Virus record (IMG/VR): IMGVR_UViG_3300050120_000361 | Location: 62,001 to 126,000 of that record | Strand: one strand, 5' to 3' | Length of the DNA: 64,000 bases | Shown: positions 1 to 9,538 of the stretch, in pieces | Layout of the letters: each line of letters opens with the position of its first letter | How positions within the stretch are numbered: position 1 is the stretch's first letter | The notes under the pieces: generated by a model | The model's database searches: none | Seen by the model: only the letters and a program-made list of their open reading frames with translations | Told to the model about the DNA's origin: nothing | Made by a program: the position numbers and the translations under genes

Positions 1-2712
1 GGGTATCATCAGCTTGTAGCCCTCCCGCAGGAGCTCCACCGCCTTCGCGGCAAGCCTCGTAACTGAGTCCAATGTGTCCCCGCACACCATGAACTCCATA
101 AGCTTCTCGTGGCTTGGCTTGGTCATGCGTATCACGTTTGCAACCTGACTGAAGAAGCTCAGCTCCCCGGTCTCAGTGCCGGTGAGCATTACCAGTTTTG
201 CGGCGAAAGGGTCGTTGGACGATATGAAGAACAGTTCCTTCATCTTCTTAATCACATTGGACGTTGCCTCTATGCGGTATGCGGAAGTGAACAGCAGGTG
301 GCTCTCGTCTATCAGTATGTAGTCGAACATCCTGCTCAGCTTCTCGTAGTTCGACCTGCTGAACTTGTCGAAAGTGGTCACAGCGTTCCTGCCGTACTGT
401 ATGTCCTTTATGTCCTGTGAGCCGTAGAAGGTGTCAAACATCTCCGTTATCGAGGCGTCATTGACCACCTTGTTCTTTATCACGCTTATGTACGGAAGCA
501 CCAGCAGTATGCGCTTCCCGTCGCGCGCCATCTGCTTTATCCATTCGGTCTTACCGCTGCCGGGTGGGGACAGGACTATGTTCACCCTGTCGCCGACAAC
601 GAGCTTGTAAAGCTGCTCCTTGTAGTCTGAAATGTACTCGTGCTCGGACATTATGAACATCGGCACCAGCACGTCGTTCTTCAGGCTCTTCATTATCTTT
701 TCGGAGAAGTTCCGCCTGAAGTCGTTGTCCACCTTTTCGGCGACCTCGGGCTCTATGGACTTTATGATGCCTGACCGCTTGAGTATTTCAAGGCCGTATT
801 TGGTGGGCTCCTTGCGGTTCGACATGGCGCAGGAGTAGAACGAGTTTATTTCGCCCTTGTTCTTGAGCTGCTCGGAGTTCAGTATAATGTGCGCTATGGG
901 CAGTCCGTTCTTACCGAAAAGGGCCGCGAGCGTGTTGCATACGTTGTACCTTATGTTGTAGTCTATCTTTCCGGTAATGTGGACTATCGCGGAAAGGTCC
1001 CCTCCGAGCGCGACGAATTTGGACAGGTCGACCTTCTCCTCGCGCTTCCTCAAATGCTCCACGGGCTCCTCGACCACGAGCTCCTCGTTCAGGCGGGTGG
1101 TCAGCCGCGTGGTTCGCATCAGCACCCTGTCAATTGTCTTTTGGCTTTCATACCCGTCAGGCGTCTGGCCGAGCGCGAGCGAGCAGTGCAGGTCCATGAA
1201 GTTATGGTTTATCAGCGGCATTGGGTCGTAGGCGAGGCGTATGCCCGCGGTTATCCTCGCAACTACGTTGTCCATGTACCTGTTCTCAAACACCTGCTTT
1301 CCGTCGCCGTCCCTGTAGTCGAAGGAAATCCCATTACCGTTTATGTTGTGCAGGCGCCACAGGGCCTCGTGTATGTTGCTCGACTTGACGTGGTAGTTCA
1401 CCTGGTGCCAGTACTGTGAAACGTACTCGTTGTCGCTGTCCATGGTGTAGACGTGGTGCGGCGGGGTGGACTTGGTGTATATGTGCAGTCCGTTCCCAGA
1501 TGCGGACTTGCATATCCAAAGGTACCAGTGGAACTCGCACATCATGGCGTGAAGGGCTGTCTTCAGGAGTTCAAGGTCACCACCCATCTTCTTCCAGTCC
1601 TTCAAGTCCAAATCGAAAACCTGCATGCCGTTCCACTTGTGGTAGTCAGTCATAGCAGGCCTGAAGCCGTCATATGTCATGTATATCTGCTGCCTTTCGG
1701 CCTTCGACTGTTCCGACACGTCCACGTTAGTTATCTCGAGAAGCAGTTCCCCAAGCGTCCGCGTGCGGTACACGTGCTCCGCAGTCATGTTGTTGACGTA
1801 CATTGTCTCGTGGCAGGTGACGCTGTTGTTGGTTATGAAGGCCTTTGAGAAGAGCACTCCGAGCATCCTGTTAGAGATTATCTGCTGGTACACGAGCCCC
1901 TGCAGCGCCGAAAGCGCGCCTGTGACCGGAAGGAACTCATTGACTATGTTCTTGGCTGTGTCCCCGGAAGCTACCTTATTGAACATTATGGCCGAGAGCC
2001 TGTGGGCGAGGTCTATATTGGTTTCCAGGTTGTACTTCTCGAAAAGCTCTATGTCATCGGTCTCGGTGCTCTCGGCGTACATTTCGCGCATGGTCATTAT
2101 CAATCCGAGACTGTCGTAGTCAGAGCCGAGGTGCGATGACGGGTCGAGAGCGGTCTTCACCGCGTTCTCAAGCCTTCCCTGCTCAATCAGCTTCAGCTTG
2201 CGGAACAGAACATTGTTCGATACGGATAGTGCTATCAGTTCATCAACCTTCAGGAAGTTGCGCGTGCGCTGCAGGCCTACCTTTTCGACCTCGGCGGCGT
2301 ACCATGGCATTTCGTTAAGGCCGTCTATTGTCTTGCGTATCTCAAGGTAGTTGTCGCGCTGGGCCCTGACAAGTTCGCGCTGCGCCGCACGGAACTTGGC
2401 GGTCTCCTCGTCGTTCCACAGCTTAAGGCGCATGGACTCCATAACCTCCTTATCTATCACGACGCCTGAGTCCAATTCCTGCACAGACTCTATGAAGTCC
2501 GAATGCTCGTCGAATTCGACGTCATCCTGCTCGGGTTCGCCCTCGGGCATTGCGCGCTTCTGGTCCCGTAGCTTCTTAACCTCCCTGCGCAGCCTTTTCT
2601 TGTTGTAGGCGACGACCCTTTCCTCGACGATGCGGTCTATTGACTTCTCGTTGTTTTCCAGGTCTATTGCTGTTATAATATCTGATGAGTATGACGACCT
2701 TAGTTCGGACAT
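1..2712 (-). CDS. Primase-helicase fusion: AEP/VirE-N(BT4734)-like primase-polymerase + PriCT-like domain + SF2 DExH helicase; C-terminus runs off the window
   Basis: Absent from the ORF track because it has no stop in the window. Read manually from ATG at 2712 (MSELRSSYSS...), open to position 1. Motifs: QVFDLDLK and CKSASGNGLHIY (AEP motifs I/II, ~1480-1625), DYNIRYNVCNTLAALFG (PriCT-like), Walker A LSPPGSGKT (~547-575), LLVLPYISV, TTFDKF, ILIDESH (~297-320), MLTGT. Confidence 0.8.
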   Translation of the reverse strand, partial: MSELRSSYSSDIITAIDLENNEKSIDRIVEERVVAYNKKRLRREVKKLRDQKRAMPEGEPEQDDVEFDEHSDFIESVQELDSGVVIDKEVMESMRLKLWNDEETAKFRAAQRELVRAQRDNYLEIRKTIDGLNEMPWYAAEVEKVGLQRTRNFLKVDELIALSVSNNVLFRKLKLIEQGRLENAVKTALDPSSHLGSDYDSLGLIMTMREMYAESTETDDIELFEKYNLETNIDLAHRLSAIMFNKVASGDTAKNIVNEFLPVTGALSALQGLVYQQIISNRMLGVLFSKAFITNNSVTCHETMYVNNMTAEHVYRTRTLGELLLEITNVDVSEQSKAERQQIYMTYDGFRPAMTDYHKWNGMQVFDLDLKDWKKMGGDLELLKTALHAMMCEFHWYLWICKSASGNGLHIYTKSTPPHHVYTMDSDNEYVSQYWHQVNYHVKSSNIHEALWRLHNINGNGISFDYRDGDGKQVFENRYMDNVVARITAGIRLAYDPMPLINHNFMDLHCSLALGQTPDGYESQKTIDRVLMRTTRLTTRLNEELVVEEPVEHLRKREEKVDLSKFVALGGDLSAIVHITGKIDYNIRYNVCNTLAALFGKNGLPIAHIILNSEQLKNKGEINSFYSCAMSNRKEPTKYGLEILKRSGIIKSIEPEVAEKVDNDFRRNFSEKIMKSLKNDVLVPMFIMSEHEYISDYKEQLYKLVVGDRVNIVLSPPGSGKTEWIKQMARDGKRILLVLPYISVIKNKVVNDASITEMFDTFYGSQDIKDIQYGRNAVTTFDKFSRSNYEKLSRMFDYILIDESHLLFTSAYRIEATSNVIKKMKELFFISSNDPFAAKLVMLTGTETGELSFFSQVANVIRMTKPSHEKLMEFMVCGDTLDSVTRLAAKAVELLREGYKLMIP

Positions 2713-2733
2713 TTATGGATTTGTTATGGAATG

Positions 2734-2758
2734 GAAAAGCCCCCGGTTGGAGGCTTTC
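2734..2758 (-). terminator. Probable intrinsic terminator
   Basis: Minus strand GAAAGCCTCC-AACC-GGGGGCTTTTC hairpin, intergenic. Confidence 0.6.
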
Positions 2759-2778
2759 GTTATTTGGTGATTGTGTCT

Positions 2779-3039
2779 TCAGTTTGAAATCAACTCGCAG
2801 TCACCCTTGTCAAGGAATAGGCTGCCGTTCAGCTGCCAGTGATTGGTGAACATGGGGTTGGTTGAGTCGGTAACGACAAGGGTCTGACCGGTCTTGTCCC
2901 CGCTCGCGTCATAGTACCACCTGGCGTTTCTGCCCGTATTGGGCTTGACCCTAATCGTGTGCTGCGGGGCGGGCTTTCCGAAAGAGCCGGTAACTCCGAA
3001 TATTTTTACGTTCTTAGCCTTTCTGTCCTTCTTGCTCAT
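2779..3039 (-). CDS. Hypothetical protein
   Basis: 86-aa ORF packed in the minus-strand gene array. Confidence 0.7.
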   Translation of the reverse strand: MSKKDRKAKNVKIFGVTGSFGKPAPQHTIRVKPNTGRNARWYYDASGDKTGQTLVVTDSTNPMFTNHWQLNGSLFLDKGDCELISN

Positions 3040-3045
3040 TACAGT

Positions 3046-4377
3046 TTATGGGTTTACTATGGTGCCTCTGGTTATTATACCCTTAGTGGTCGAGTCCGTC
3101 ACGGTGTACGCGGTGCCGTTTTCCGGCTGGGTTATCGTTCCCAAATCGAAGTAGTACTTATTGTCTTCGGTCTGCTGGCCGACAATGTACTGCAGCGGCG
3201 ATATGTCGGAAGCCGCAACGTTCATTATCGATGGTGTCTTCACGTTCGGAAACGATACCTTCTTGTTCTCATAGGTTATATCCTGAGACTGCATCTCCAC
3301 ATAGACAGGCTGAAGTATCGGCACTATCTTAACCGACTGGTTGGTGTCGATTACCGTGTTGTTCACTGTAGTCTGCTTGGTCACCGTCACTGGGTATACG
3401 GTTATCTCCTGATTGCTTATGACCGCGTTCAGGAAAGGGGCGACATTGTCCTGCAGGTCGAATATCCTGTTCTGCTGCCTGCTGAGCATTACATTGTTGG
3501 CAGTCACCTCCATTACAACTAGTATAGTGACCAGCCCGCTCCCAAGCCATGGCGTAAAGTCCAGGCCCACCTTAACGGGTTCGAAGTTATTGTCCTCATT
3601 CGAGAGTCGCAGCGTAGAGTAGCCGACTGCATCGTTGCCGTACCTCAAGGTGTACTCTATGCCCACAGGAACTACATTGTTTGTGAAGCCGAAGTAGTCC
3701 AGTATAGACTGCTGCAGGGTCTTGTTGGTCTCAAGCGTCTGGGGGGTGACGACAACGTACTGGTTGTTGTCGAATGATATTGCCGCTGTTATGTAGTCTG
3801 GGAGCGGCGCGGACGAGTTCAGGGGCTCGAAAGCCGAAACGTCATTAGGGTAGTTGGTTACCAGGCCTATGTCAGGCCCATCGGCCAGTATGTCGTCGTA
3901 GGTAACGTATATGGCGGACGCCATCAGGGACTCATTTCCCATGTTCGGCAGGTTGAACGGCACCGAGTAAACGAACATGGCGCCGTCAACCAATTGCACG
4001 TCAGTGTCCTCGGTTATAGCCATATCGCTAATCTGCCACAGCCTCGAGATGAGCACGTTACCGGTTTCCATTCCCTTAACAACCAGCATTATGCCGAATA
4101 CGTTATTCCATGAGAAGCCCTGTCTTACGAGCAAACTTCCAGACATTATGCGTTGGTTGTCGGTCGCGAGGTCCCCGACCGGTATAAGCTCCGTGGACGT
4201 GGCCACCTTGTTCAGTTTGGCCTGGTAAGGCCCCGCATTCCACACGACCTTGTCTATAGTGCCGGCTTCAAGCCATTGCGGACCCTGCGCGTATTTCAAA
4301 AAATCGATACGCGCGCTGTCCGTGGTGTTTATAGACAACAGGACGTCATCCGTAATTCTGTACTGTAGTGCTCCCAT
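3046..4377 (-). CDS. Hypothetical protein, probably virion structural
   Basis: 443 aa, acidic, N/T/V/I-rich beta-type composition like the baseplate genes in this window. Confidence 0.6.
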   Translation of the reverse strand: MGALQYRITDDVLLSINTTDSARIDFLKYAQGPQWLEAGTIDKVVWNAGPYQAKLNKVATSTELIPVGDLATDNQRIMSGSLLVRQGFSWNNVFGIMLVVKGMETGNVLISRLWQISDMAITEDTDVQLVDGAMFVYSVPFNLPNMGNESLMASAIYVTYDDILADGPDIGLVTNYPNDVSAFEPLNSSAPLPDYITAAISFDNNQYVVVTPQTLETNKTLQQSILDYFGFTNNVVPVGIEYTLRYGNDAVGYSTLRLSNEDNNFEPVKVGLDFTPWLGSGLVTILVVMEVTANNVMLSRQQNRIFDLQDNVAPFLNAVISNQEITVYPVTVTKQTTVNNTVIDTNQSVKIVPILQPVYVEMQSQDITYENKKVSFPNVKTPSIMNVAASDISPLQYIVGQQTEDNKYYFDLGTITQPENGTAYTVTDSTTKGIITRGTIVNP

Positions 4378-4380
4378 TTG

Positions 4381-4572
4381 CTATTTATGCCTGTCCGGCT
4401 TTATGTATTTTATGAAGTATGTTTTCCCGCACCTGGCGCAAACCACGTTTATTGCCGTTTCAACGGGCAATTCGCCATCTTCAAACCAAATCCTTGCCTT
4501 TCCCCGTTTGGACAGGCGCACAGACCTGTACGAACCGTAATCGTTAACTACGGTAGCATGAACTCCAAGCAT
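4381..4572 (-). CDS. Small hypothetical protein with a CxxC motif
   Basis: 63 aa, CARCG; fills the gap exactly between neighbours. Confidence 0.55.
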   Translation of the reverse strand: MLGVHATVVNDYGSYRSVRLSKRGKARIWFEDGELPVETAINVVCARCGKTYFIKYIKPDRHK

Positions 4573-4573
4573 G

Positions 4574-6043
4574 CTATATCTCTATCACGCCTTTCGGGAG
4601 TGCCTTCTTGGGCGTTACAAACCCAATGCCCGGAACGATACCCATGTATTTGCGCCTAAGGTCCACCAAATCCTTTTTGTACATGTCCTCTATTGAAGTG
4701 GCCTTGATGTATGCGAGCTCCTGCTTCAGTGCGATTACCTTTTCGTTTGCCTTCTCAATCTCCTCAGGCGTCAGTCTGTATATCTCCAACTGCATGCCTG
4801 CTTCGGTAACCCCGAACCTCTTGCAGTCCTCAGCTATTGCCGCCTTCGGACGCTTCACCACTATAATCTTTCCGTCAACCACCAGCTGTATGAACTTGGC
4901 CTTGTCCTCAAGGTCGATTATCTGCTGGTCTATTATCGTTATCATACGGACCTTGCGCTGACGGTATATTTCGAGCCTGCGCTTGACGAACCCGTCTATG
5001 AGGTCCTGCGCGGTGTCGAAGTACACGATGCTTTTGCAGTCCTTGTCGATAATGTTCAGCGTGAGCTTGGGTATCTTCTGGTAAAGCTTGAACATTCCGT
5101 AGAACCGCCACTTGTCCTTGTATGCCTTTTGAAGTCCGCCCTTGGGGAACACCGCCACGTATAGTATTGGCTGGGTCTTCGTCTTGCGGTTGTACCAGTC
5201 GGAAATGACACCCTTCTCCTTCAGCTCATTCAATAGTATGGTGTACTTGGCGAAGGACACCCCGTACGGGAGGTCGGTTATTGAGAGCGTGTCCTCGTGG
5301 AACGAGTAGGTACCGACGTTGTACCACGAAGCCTTCGCCTCGTTCCACACCAGGTTCTCGTCCTTTATGCCGAGTATGCGCGGCTTGAGCGGCACGTCCC
5401 ACAGACCCGAGCACGTCCCGTTAACGACTGAGCATATGGTCGCGTCCAGCACGTCCTCGAAGCGGTAGGAGAACGAGCGGAACGAGAAGCCGAAGCCCGG
5501 AGAGTTCGTACGCCACAGAAGCACTATGGGCACGAGGGGCATGAAGTACTTAGGCTCGGTCCACTTGCCGTCCTCGAATATGCGCTCGAGCAGTTCGGTA
5601 TCGGTCTTGAACAGGTCAATGTACTGGGTGGCAGCCACTTCAAGGTACCTCGCGGCAGTCGTGGCGTCAGGAACTCTAAGGCTGCCCTTCTGGCCGATTA
5701 TCTTGAGCGGCGCGGTCTCGAACAAGTGCCCTGAGCCGAACTGCTCTATGGTGTTCTTGAGCGAACTGTCGCCGTGGTGGAACTCGTACTTCATGGTGTC
5801 ACCAATCATGTCAACCATCTTTATCTTCTTGTACTTCCTGAGGTCACCGTTCAGGGCGGCCCACATTATCTTGCGGCCCCCAATGCGTAGTCCGTCCATT
5901 ATGTTCGGAAGCGCCCTGCTTATCACCACGTAGTGAGCGTAGTTCTTGACCTCCGTGTTCAGGAAATCGTCTATGTAACGCTCTGAAAGCTCGGGCCTTT
6001 CCGTAAGTACCGGCGTTTTGTTGGTTATCAATGTCTTAGCCAT
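4574..6043 (-). CDS. DNA topoisomerase II medium (GyrA/ParC-like, T4 gp52-like) subunit
   Basis: RALPNIMDGLR, YEFHHGDSSL, catalytic AARY, EPKYFMPLVP, ITDLPYG. Confidence 0.93.
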   Translation of the reverse strand: MAKTLITNKTPVLTERPELSERYIDDFLNTEVKNYAHYVVISRALPNIMDGLRIGGRKIMWAALNGDLRKYKKIKMVDMIGDTMKYEFHHGDSSLKNTIEQFGSGHLFETAPLKIIGQKGSLRVPDATTAARYLEVAATQYIDLFKTDTELLERIFEDGKWTEPKYFMPLVPIVLLWRTNSPGFGFSFRSFSYRFEDVLDATICSVVNGTCSGLWDVPLKPRILGIKDENLVWNEAKASWYNVGTYSFHEDTLSITDLPYGVSFAKYTILLNELKEKGVISDWYNRKTKTQPILYVAVFPKGGLQKAYKDKWRFYGMFKLYQKIPKLTLNIIDKDCKSIVYFDTAQDLIDGFVKRRLEIYRQRKVRMITIIDQQIIDLEDKAKFIQLVVDGKIIVVKRPKAAIAEDCKRFGVTEAGMQLEIYRLTPEEIEKANEKVIALKQELAYIKATSIEDMYKKDLVDLRRKYMGIVPGIGFVTPKKALPKGVIEI

Positions 6044-6050
6044 TTAGTTG

Positions 6051-6584
6051 TTATTTGTTATTATCGTTATCCATTGAAATGCCACCTTTATCGGGCGTTT
6101 TGGGCGTTTCGTTCCTATAGTTGTGGTCCTCCATGGTTGTCATCCTCTTGCCGAGCAATGCCGCCAATTTTCTGCCGTAGTCGCAGTCGAGTATTCCAAG
6201 CATTCCACTGTTGTGTGTCTGCGAGTAGAGCCCGAAAGTTGAGCGGCGAGTCTTAACGGTTACCAGGGGATTTACTTTGCTCAGGTCGGTAGCCCAAATA
6301 TTGAATGTTATCGACCTGACGAAGTGAAGGCTGTTGTTCAGGTTGACAGTCCCGAAAAGCCTGAAAATCTCCTTTGGTGGAAGCAGGCCCTTCGCCTCAA
6401 GAGACCTTGCCTTCGCGCCGTCACTGTCATTGTAGCAGGAGTACTTCCACGACTTGCGCTCATCATCGGTTGATATAGACCTGACGGCAAAGCCATTCAC
6501 TATTGGAAGCCTGCAAAAGCGCAGGTACTCTCCGCTCTTGTGGGCGAAGTCGTATACGGACAATTCCTTTTTCTTTCTCGACAC
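6051..6584 (-). CDS. Hypothetical protein
   Basis: 177-aa ORF in the gene array. Confidence 0.6.
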   Translation of the reverse strand: MSRKKKELSVYDFAHKSGEYLRFCRLPIVNGFAVRSISTDDERKSWKYSCYNDSDGAKARSLEAKGLLPPKEIFRLFGTVNLNNSLHFVRSITFNIWATDLSKVNPLVTVKTRRSTFGLYSQTHNSGMLGILDCDYGRKLAALLGKRMTTMEDHNYRNETPKTPDKGGISMDNDNNK

Positions 6585-6621
6585 TTCAGTTTACGGATTG
6601 AAGGGATTAATCTGGTTCCTG

Positions 6622-7122
6622 TCAGTCGTGACCTATGTTGGTCACGTTCAATATAGTTATGCGGCTCGGGTCATAGACTATGTAGTGCGGAAGGTCCGGA
6701 ATGTCAGGGGTTATGTGGTCTTCCGTGTGGGTGTATCCGCAGGAGGTCAGAGCATCCGTTATCTCCTTAACGGAAAGGTCGTGCACCCGTACGATTTCCG
6801 CTATAACGCCTGTATCGGACGTTTCGCCGTTGGTTATTGAAGCTATGCTCGGCCAGTTGTCGCTGTCAGGCCTTGCAGCCTTTATTATCTGCCTGAAATG
6901 CGGCGCCTTTAGGGTTATCTCATGGTTGCTGAGGGACTCGCCGAGCCGCAGCGTAACCTCGTACAGCACAGGCCCGTAAGTCAGGGCATCAGATTTTGAA
7001 GTAGAGAAGTACAGTCCGCACCCGGCGCCTATAGAGCCTCCGTGCTCGCCGCACTCGCTGAAGTTGAACTCATCGAACATGTTGGATGAGCCGTGGTAGG
7101 CGTGTACTGTTTCGTTGTTCAT
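6622..7122 (-). CDS. ADP-ribosyltransferase-like protein (ART-PolyVal type)
   Basis: AYHGS...FDEF, GAGCGLYFSTSKSDALTYG, terminal strand YIVYDPSRI match the H-Y ART signature. Confidence 0.7.
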   Translation of the reverse strand: MNNETVHAYHGSSNMFDEFNFSECGEHGGSIGAGCGLYFSTSKSDALTYGPVLYEVTLRLGESLSNHEITLKAPHFRQIIKAARPDSDNWPSIASITNGETSDTGVIAEIVRVHDLSVKEITDALTSCGYTHTEDHITPDIPDLPHYIVYDPSRITILNVTNIGHD

Positions 7123-7128
7123 AATGCG

Positions 7129-7842
7129 CTATTTATCGAAAAGTCCTATGATTTGTTCCCTAAGTGCTATTGAAACCCGCATGCCAACATTCTCGTCCTG
7201 CACCCAATCCCTTGAGTACCTGTCGTTGTACTCGGCGTGGTTCCTTGACATGTGCACCCAATCCCCGCTCAGTTTCAGATAGTACTGTCCAGTGTCCACT
7301 ATGTAGCACTTGTACCAGTCGCCGAAAATCCTGCCAATCAGTCCAGAGGTGATACGCATCCTGTGAGGCACCAGGTTGTGCCTCCAAAGAGCCATAACGT
7401 CCGCCTCCTCCATGTCAATAAGCTTCTTCCTGTGGTCGCCTCCGCGCAGCCTCTCGAATGTCTCGAACATCTCCGCAATCCTTTCCTGAAAAGAACGCGG
7501 CACAGTGAACTTGCGGGTAGTGTCGTGCCAGCGCCACGTGCCGCTGTGGTCAAGGTACGGGTTTTCGGGCATCATGTCGCAGTAGGCCTGGCAGTTCACA
7601 GCGGCCACGCATCCGAGCACGTTTATCCTGTAGTCCCTGGCGCTTATCACGTATTCGTTCAGTTTTGGACCGAACAGGAGCCACTTGCGCGTCTTCTCAA
7701 TCCGCGAGTCGTTGAAAACCGGTATCCCGTACACTTCGCGGCACAGGGACAACAGCTCCTCATTGTCGTCCATGGGGTCAAGGGCCAGGAAACGCTTGTC
7801 GAGCCCAGCGTAGTGCTCGTCTTCGGTAACATTCACTTCCAT
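7129..7842 (-). CDS. Hypothetical protein
   Basis: 237-aa ORF. Confidence 0.7.
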   Translation of the reverse strand: MEVNVTEDEHYAGLDKRFLALDPMDDNEELLSLCREVYGIPVFNDSRIEKTRKWLLFGPKLNEYVISARDYRINVLGCVAAVNCQAYCDMMPENPYLDHSGTWRWHDTTRKFTVPRSFQERIAEMFETFERLRGGDHRKKLIDMEEADVMALWRHNLVPHRMRITSGLIGRIFGDWYKCYIVDTGQYYLKLSGDWVHMSRNHAEYNDRYSRDWVQDENVGMRVSIALREQIIGLFDK

Positions 7843-7863
7843 AATATGGTTGGTTTAATAGGT

Positions 7864-8256
7864 TTAGAATGGCAAATCGTCGTCCTGCGGCGTGCTGTCG
7901 AAGGTCGTGCTCTGTGGCATGTTTCCCGAGCCGTAAGTGCTGTTTCCCTTGCGGACCGCATGGTCGTCGCCCCGTTGGAAACGCCAGGCCACGAAAGTGT
8001 TGAACCAGAACTTCTTCCCCTGAGGGTTGGTCCAAAGCCGGCCCCTCAGGTTGAAGTGCACCGTGACCTCCTCGCCCTCGTTGTAGCTGTCGAGCAGCCC
8101 GGTGTTCCCTCCGTGGAGTTCGAACCTTATGTACTCAGGCCACTGCTGGTTCCCGCTCGGGTAGTACAGCAGCACGAAGGCGAGCTTCTTGAACTTCTCG
8201 CTCACCTGCTCCTCATCGAATATTTCGTGCAGTATTCCTGTTATCTCCTGACTCAT
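7864..8256 (-). CDS. DUF3127-family OB-fold single-stranded DNA-binding protein
   Basis: FKKLAFVL, PEYIRFEL, GEEVTVHFNLRGRLW, WFNTFVAWR, and the SSB tail DDDLPF. Confidence 0.85.
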   Translation of the reverse strand: MSQEITGILHEIFDEEQVSEKFKKLAFVLLYYPSGNQQWPEYIRFELHGGNTGLLDSYNEGEEVTVHFNLRGRLWTNPQGKKFWFNTFVAWRFQRGDDHAVRKGNSTYGSGNMPQSTTFDSTPQDDDLPF

Positions 8257-8259
8257 CTT

Positions 8260-8523
8260 TTACTGTAAATTGTTTGGTTTGAGTCCGCCTTGGTACTTGA
8301 CCATGCGGACGCTGTATCTGTCCTGTATCGTAAGACAGTCCTCGGTGTGGAAGGCCTCCTTGCGTATCTCCCGCAGCTGGCCGAGAGAGCCCGACTTCAT
8401 AAGCCTTTTGAGGAATACCGATGAAGGGCCTATCTCAACCATTACGCAAACCTCCCCCTTGTACGAAAAGGGCACGTAGTGCCTGAACTCTCCGAGCCTT
8501 ATCTCCTGTTGTTCGAAAGCCAT
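8260..8523 (-). CDS. Hypothetical protein
   Basis: Likely start MAFEQQEI at 8523, which avoids overlap with the upstream gene. Confidence 0.6.
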   Translation of the reverse strand: MAFEQQEIRLGEFRHYVPFSYKGEVCVMVEIGPSSVFLKRLMKSGSLGQLREIRKEAFHTEDCLTIQDRYSVRMVKYQGGLKPNNLQ

Positions 8524-8527
8524 GTTA

Positions 8528-8800
8528 TTAGAATATTGTGACGTCGAGCGCAAACTCCGTATCGCACTCGAGCAAGCTGTCATCCTGCGTGAACTGTTCG
8601 GTTATGAAACCCGCATGCTCTCCAAAGTCCTTTCCCTTGTGGAAGGCCCAGTCAAGGACCTCATTGTAAAGCTCCTCTCCGTCCACGTTTGGCATCTCAC
8701 CTGATACTAGCCTAACGGACAGTACCTTGACGGTTACCGGCTTTTCAACGTTTTTGGGTATTTTCCAAGTTGACAAATCAACCATTCCCGTACCCTCCAT
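8528..8800 (-). CDS. Hypothetical protein
   Basis: 90-aa acidic ORF in the array. Confidence 0.6.
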   Translation of the reverse strand: MEGTGMVDLSTWKIPKNVEKPVTVKVLSVRLVSGEMPNVDGEELYNEVLDWAFHKGKDFGEHAGFITEQFTQDDSLLECDTEFALDVTIF

Positions 8801-8990
8801 TCAGTTGCACTGTCTGTGACTCGGGCACCTCAAGCACCTGCTCCATTTTGATTACGTCCGCGAGGTTGTTTATGAAGCCGTTCTGGCTTTGCACCTCATT
8901 CATGAAATTATACATGTTCCACTGGTCAACGCTTATCTTCTTGGCCTTCAGCTGGCTGTACTCGTTCCAGGTTATTTTCCAAACAGGCAT
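8778..8990 (-). CDS. Hypothetical protein
   Basis: 70-aa ORF translationally coupled (TGATG) to the MazG-like gene. Confidence 0.6.
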   Translation of the reverse strand: MPVWKITWNEYSQLKAKKISVDQWNMYNFMNEVQSQNGFINNLADVIKMEQVLEVPESQTVQLNGGYGNG

Positions 8991-9505
8991 CAGTCATTCC
9001 CTCCCTGAACCGTTAGGAACTGTCTGAGGTCCGCCTTTGAGTAGTTTATTGACTTGAGCGTTTTGTCGTCGCTTGCCCTGTAGACCAGGTACATGTTTGT
9101 TTTCGGGTCCTTTTTGTAGTAGGCCTCGCAGCGCTCTGGGTGGGCTTCGGAGCCGTAGTGGCCTATGGTTGCCTCGGCGGTTTCCACGTCCTGGCAGGCC
9201 TTTGACATGTTGGAGCGGTGCACCTCGGCGAATGCGCTCGAGAAAAGCTCCTGCATGCCGCACTCGAGAATGGTGCCGGACAGCACGTACTGCAGGTCGC
9301 AGAGCGCGTCGAGCACCCCAGCCTCGTCGCCGCCCCTCATTGCCGTGTCCAATTCCTTCAGCTCCTCGCCTATGAGCTTGACGCGCAGCGCGGCCCTCTT
9401 CTCGTTAGGTATTCCGGGCCTGTCGGCAACAGGGTGCTTGAATGTCTCGTGGAATTGGCCTACCATTGTCAATCCGCTCGGTTCTGTGTAAGATTTTACG
9501 TCCAT
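8990..9505 (-). CDS. MazG-like (PRA-PH/DR2231-type) nucleoside triphosphate pyrophosphohydrolase
   Basis: VGQFHETF, LRVKLIGEELKEL, DALCDLQYV, FAEVHRSNMSK, DDKTLKS. Confidence 0.88.
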   Translation of the reverse strand: MDVKSYTEPSGLTMVGQFHETFKHPVADRPGIPNEKRAALRVKLIGEELKELDTAMRGGDEAGVLDALCDLQYVLSGTILECGMQELFSSAFAEVHRSNMSKACQDVETAEATIGHYGSEAHPERCEAYYKKDPKTNMYLVYRASDDKTLKSINYSKADLRQFLTVQGGND

Positions 9506-9538
9506 TTTTGTGTTATCGTTTCTTATTCGTTATATTTC

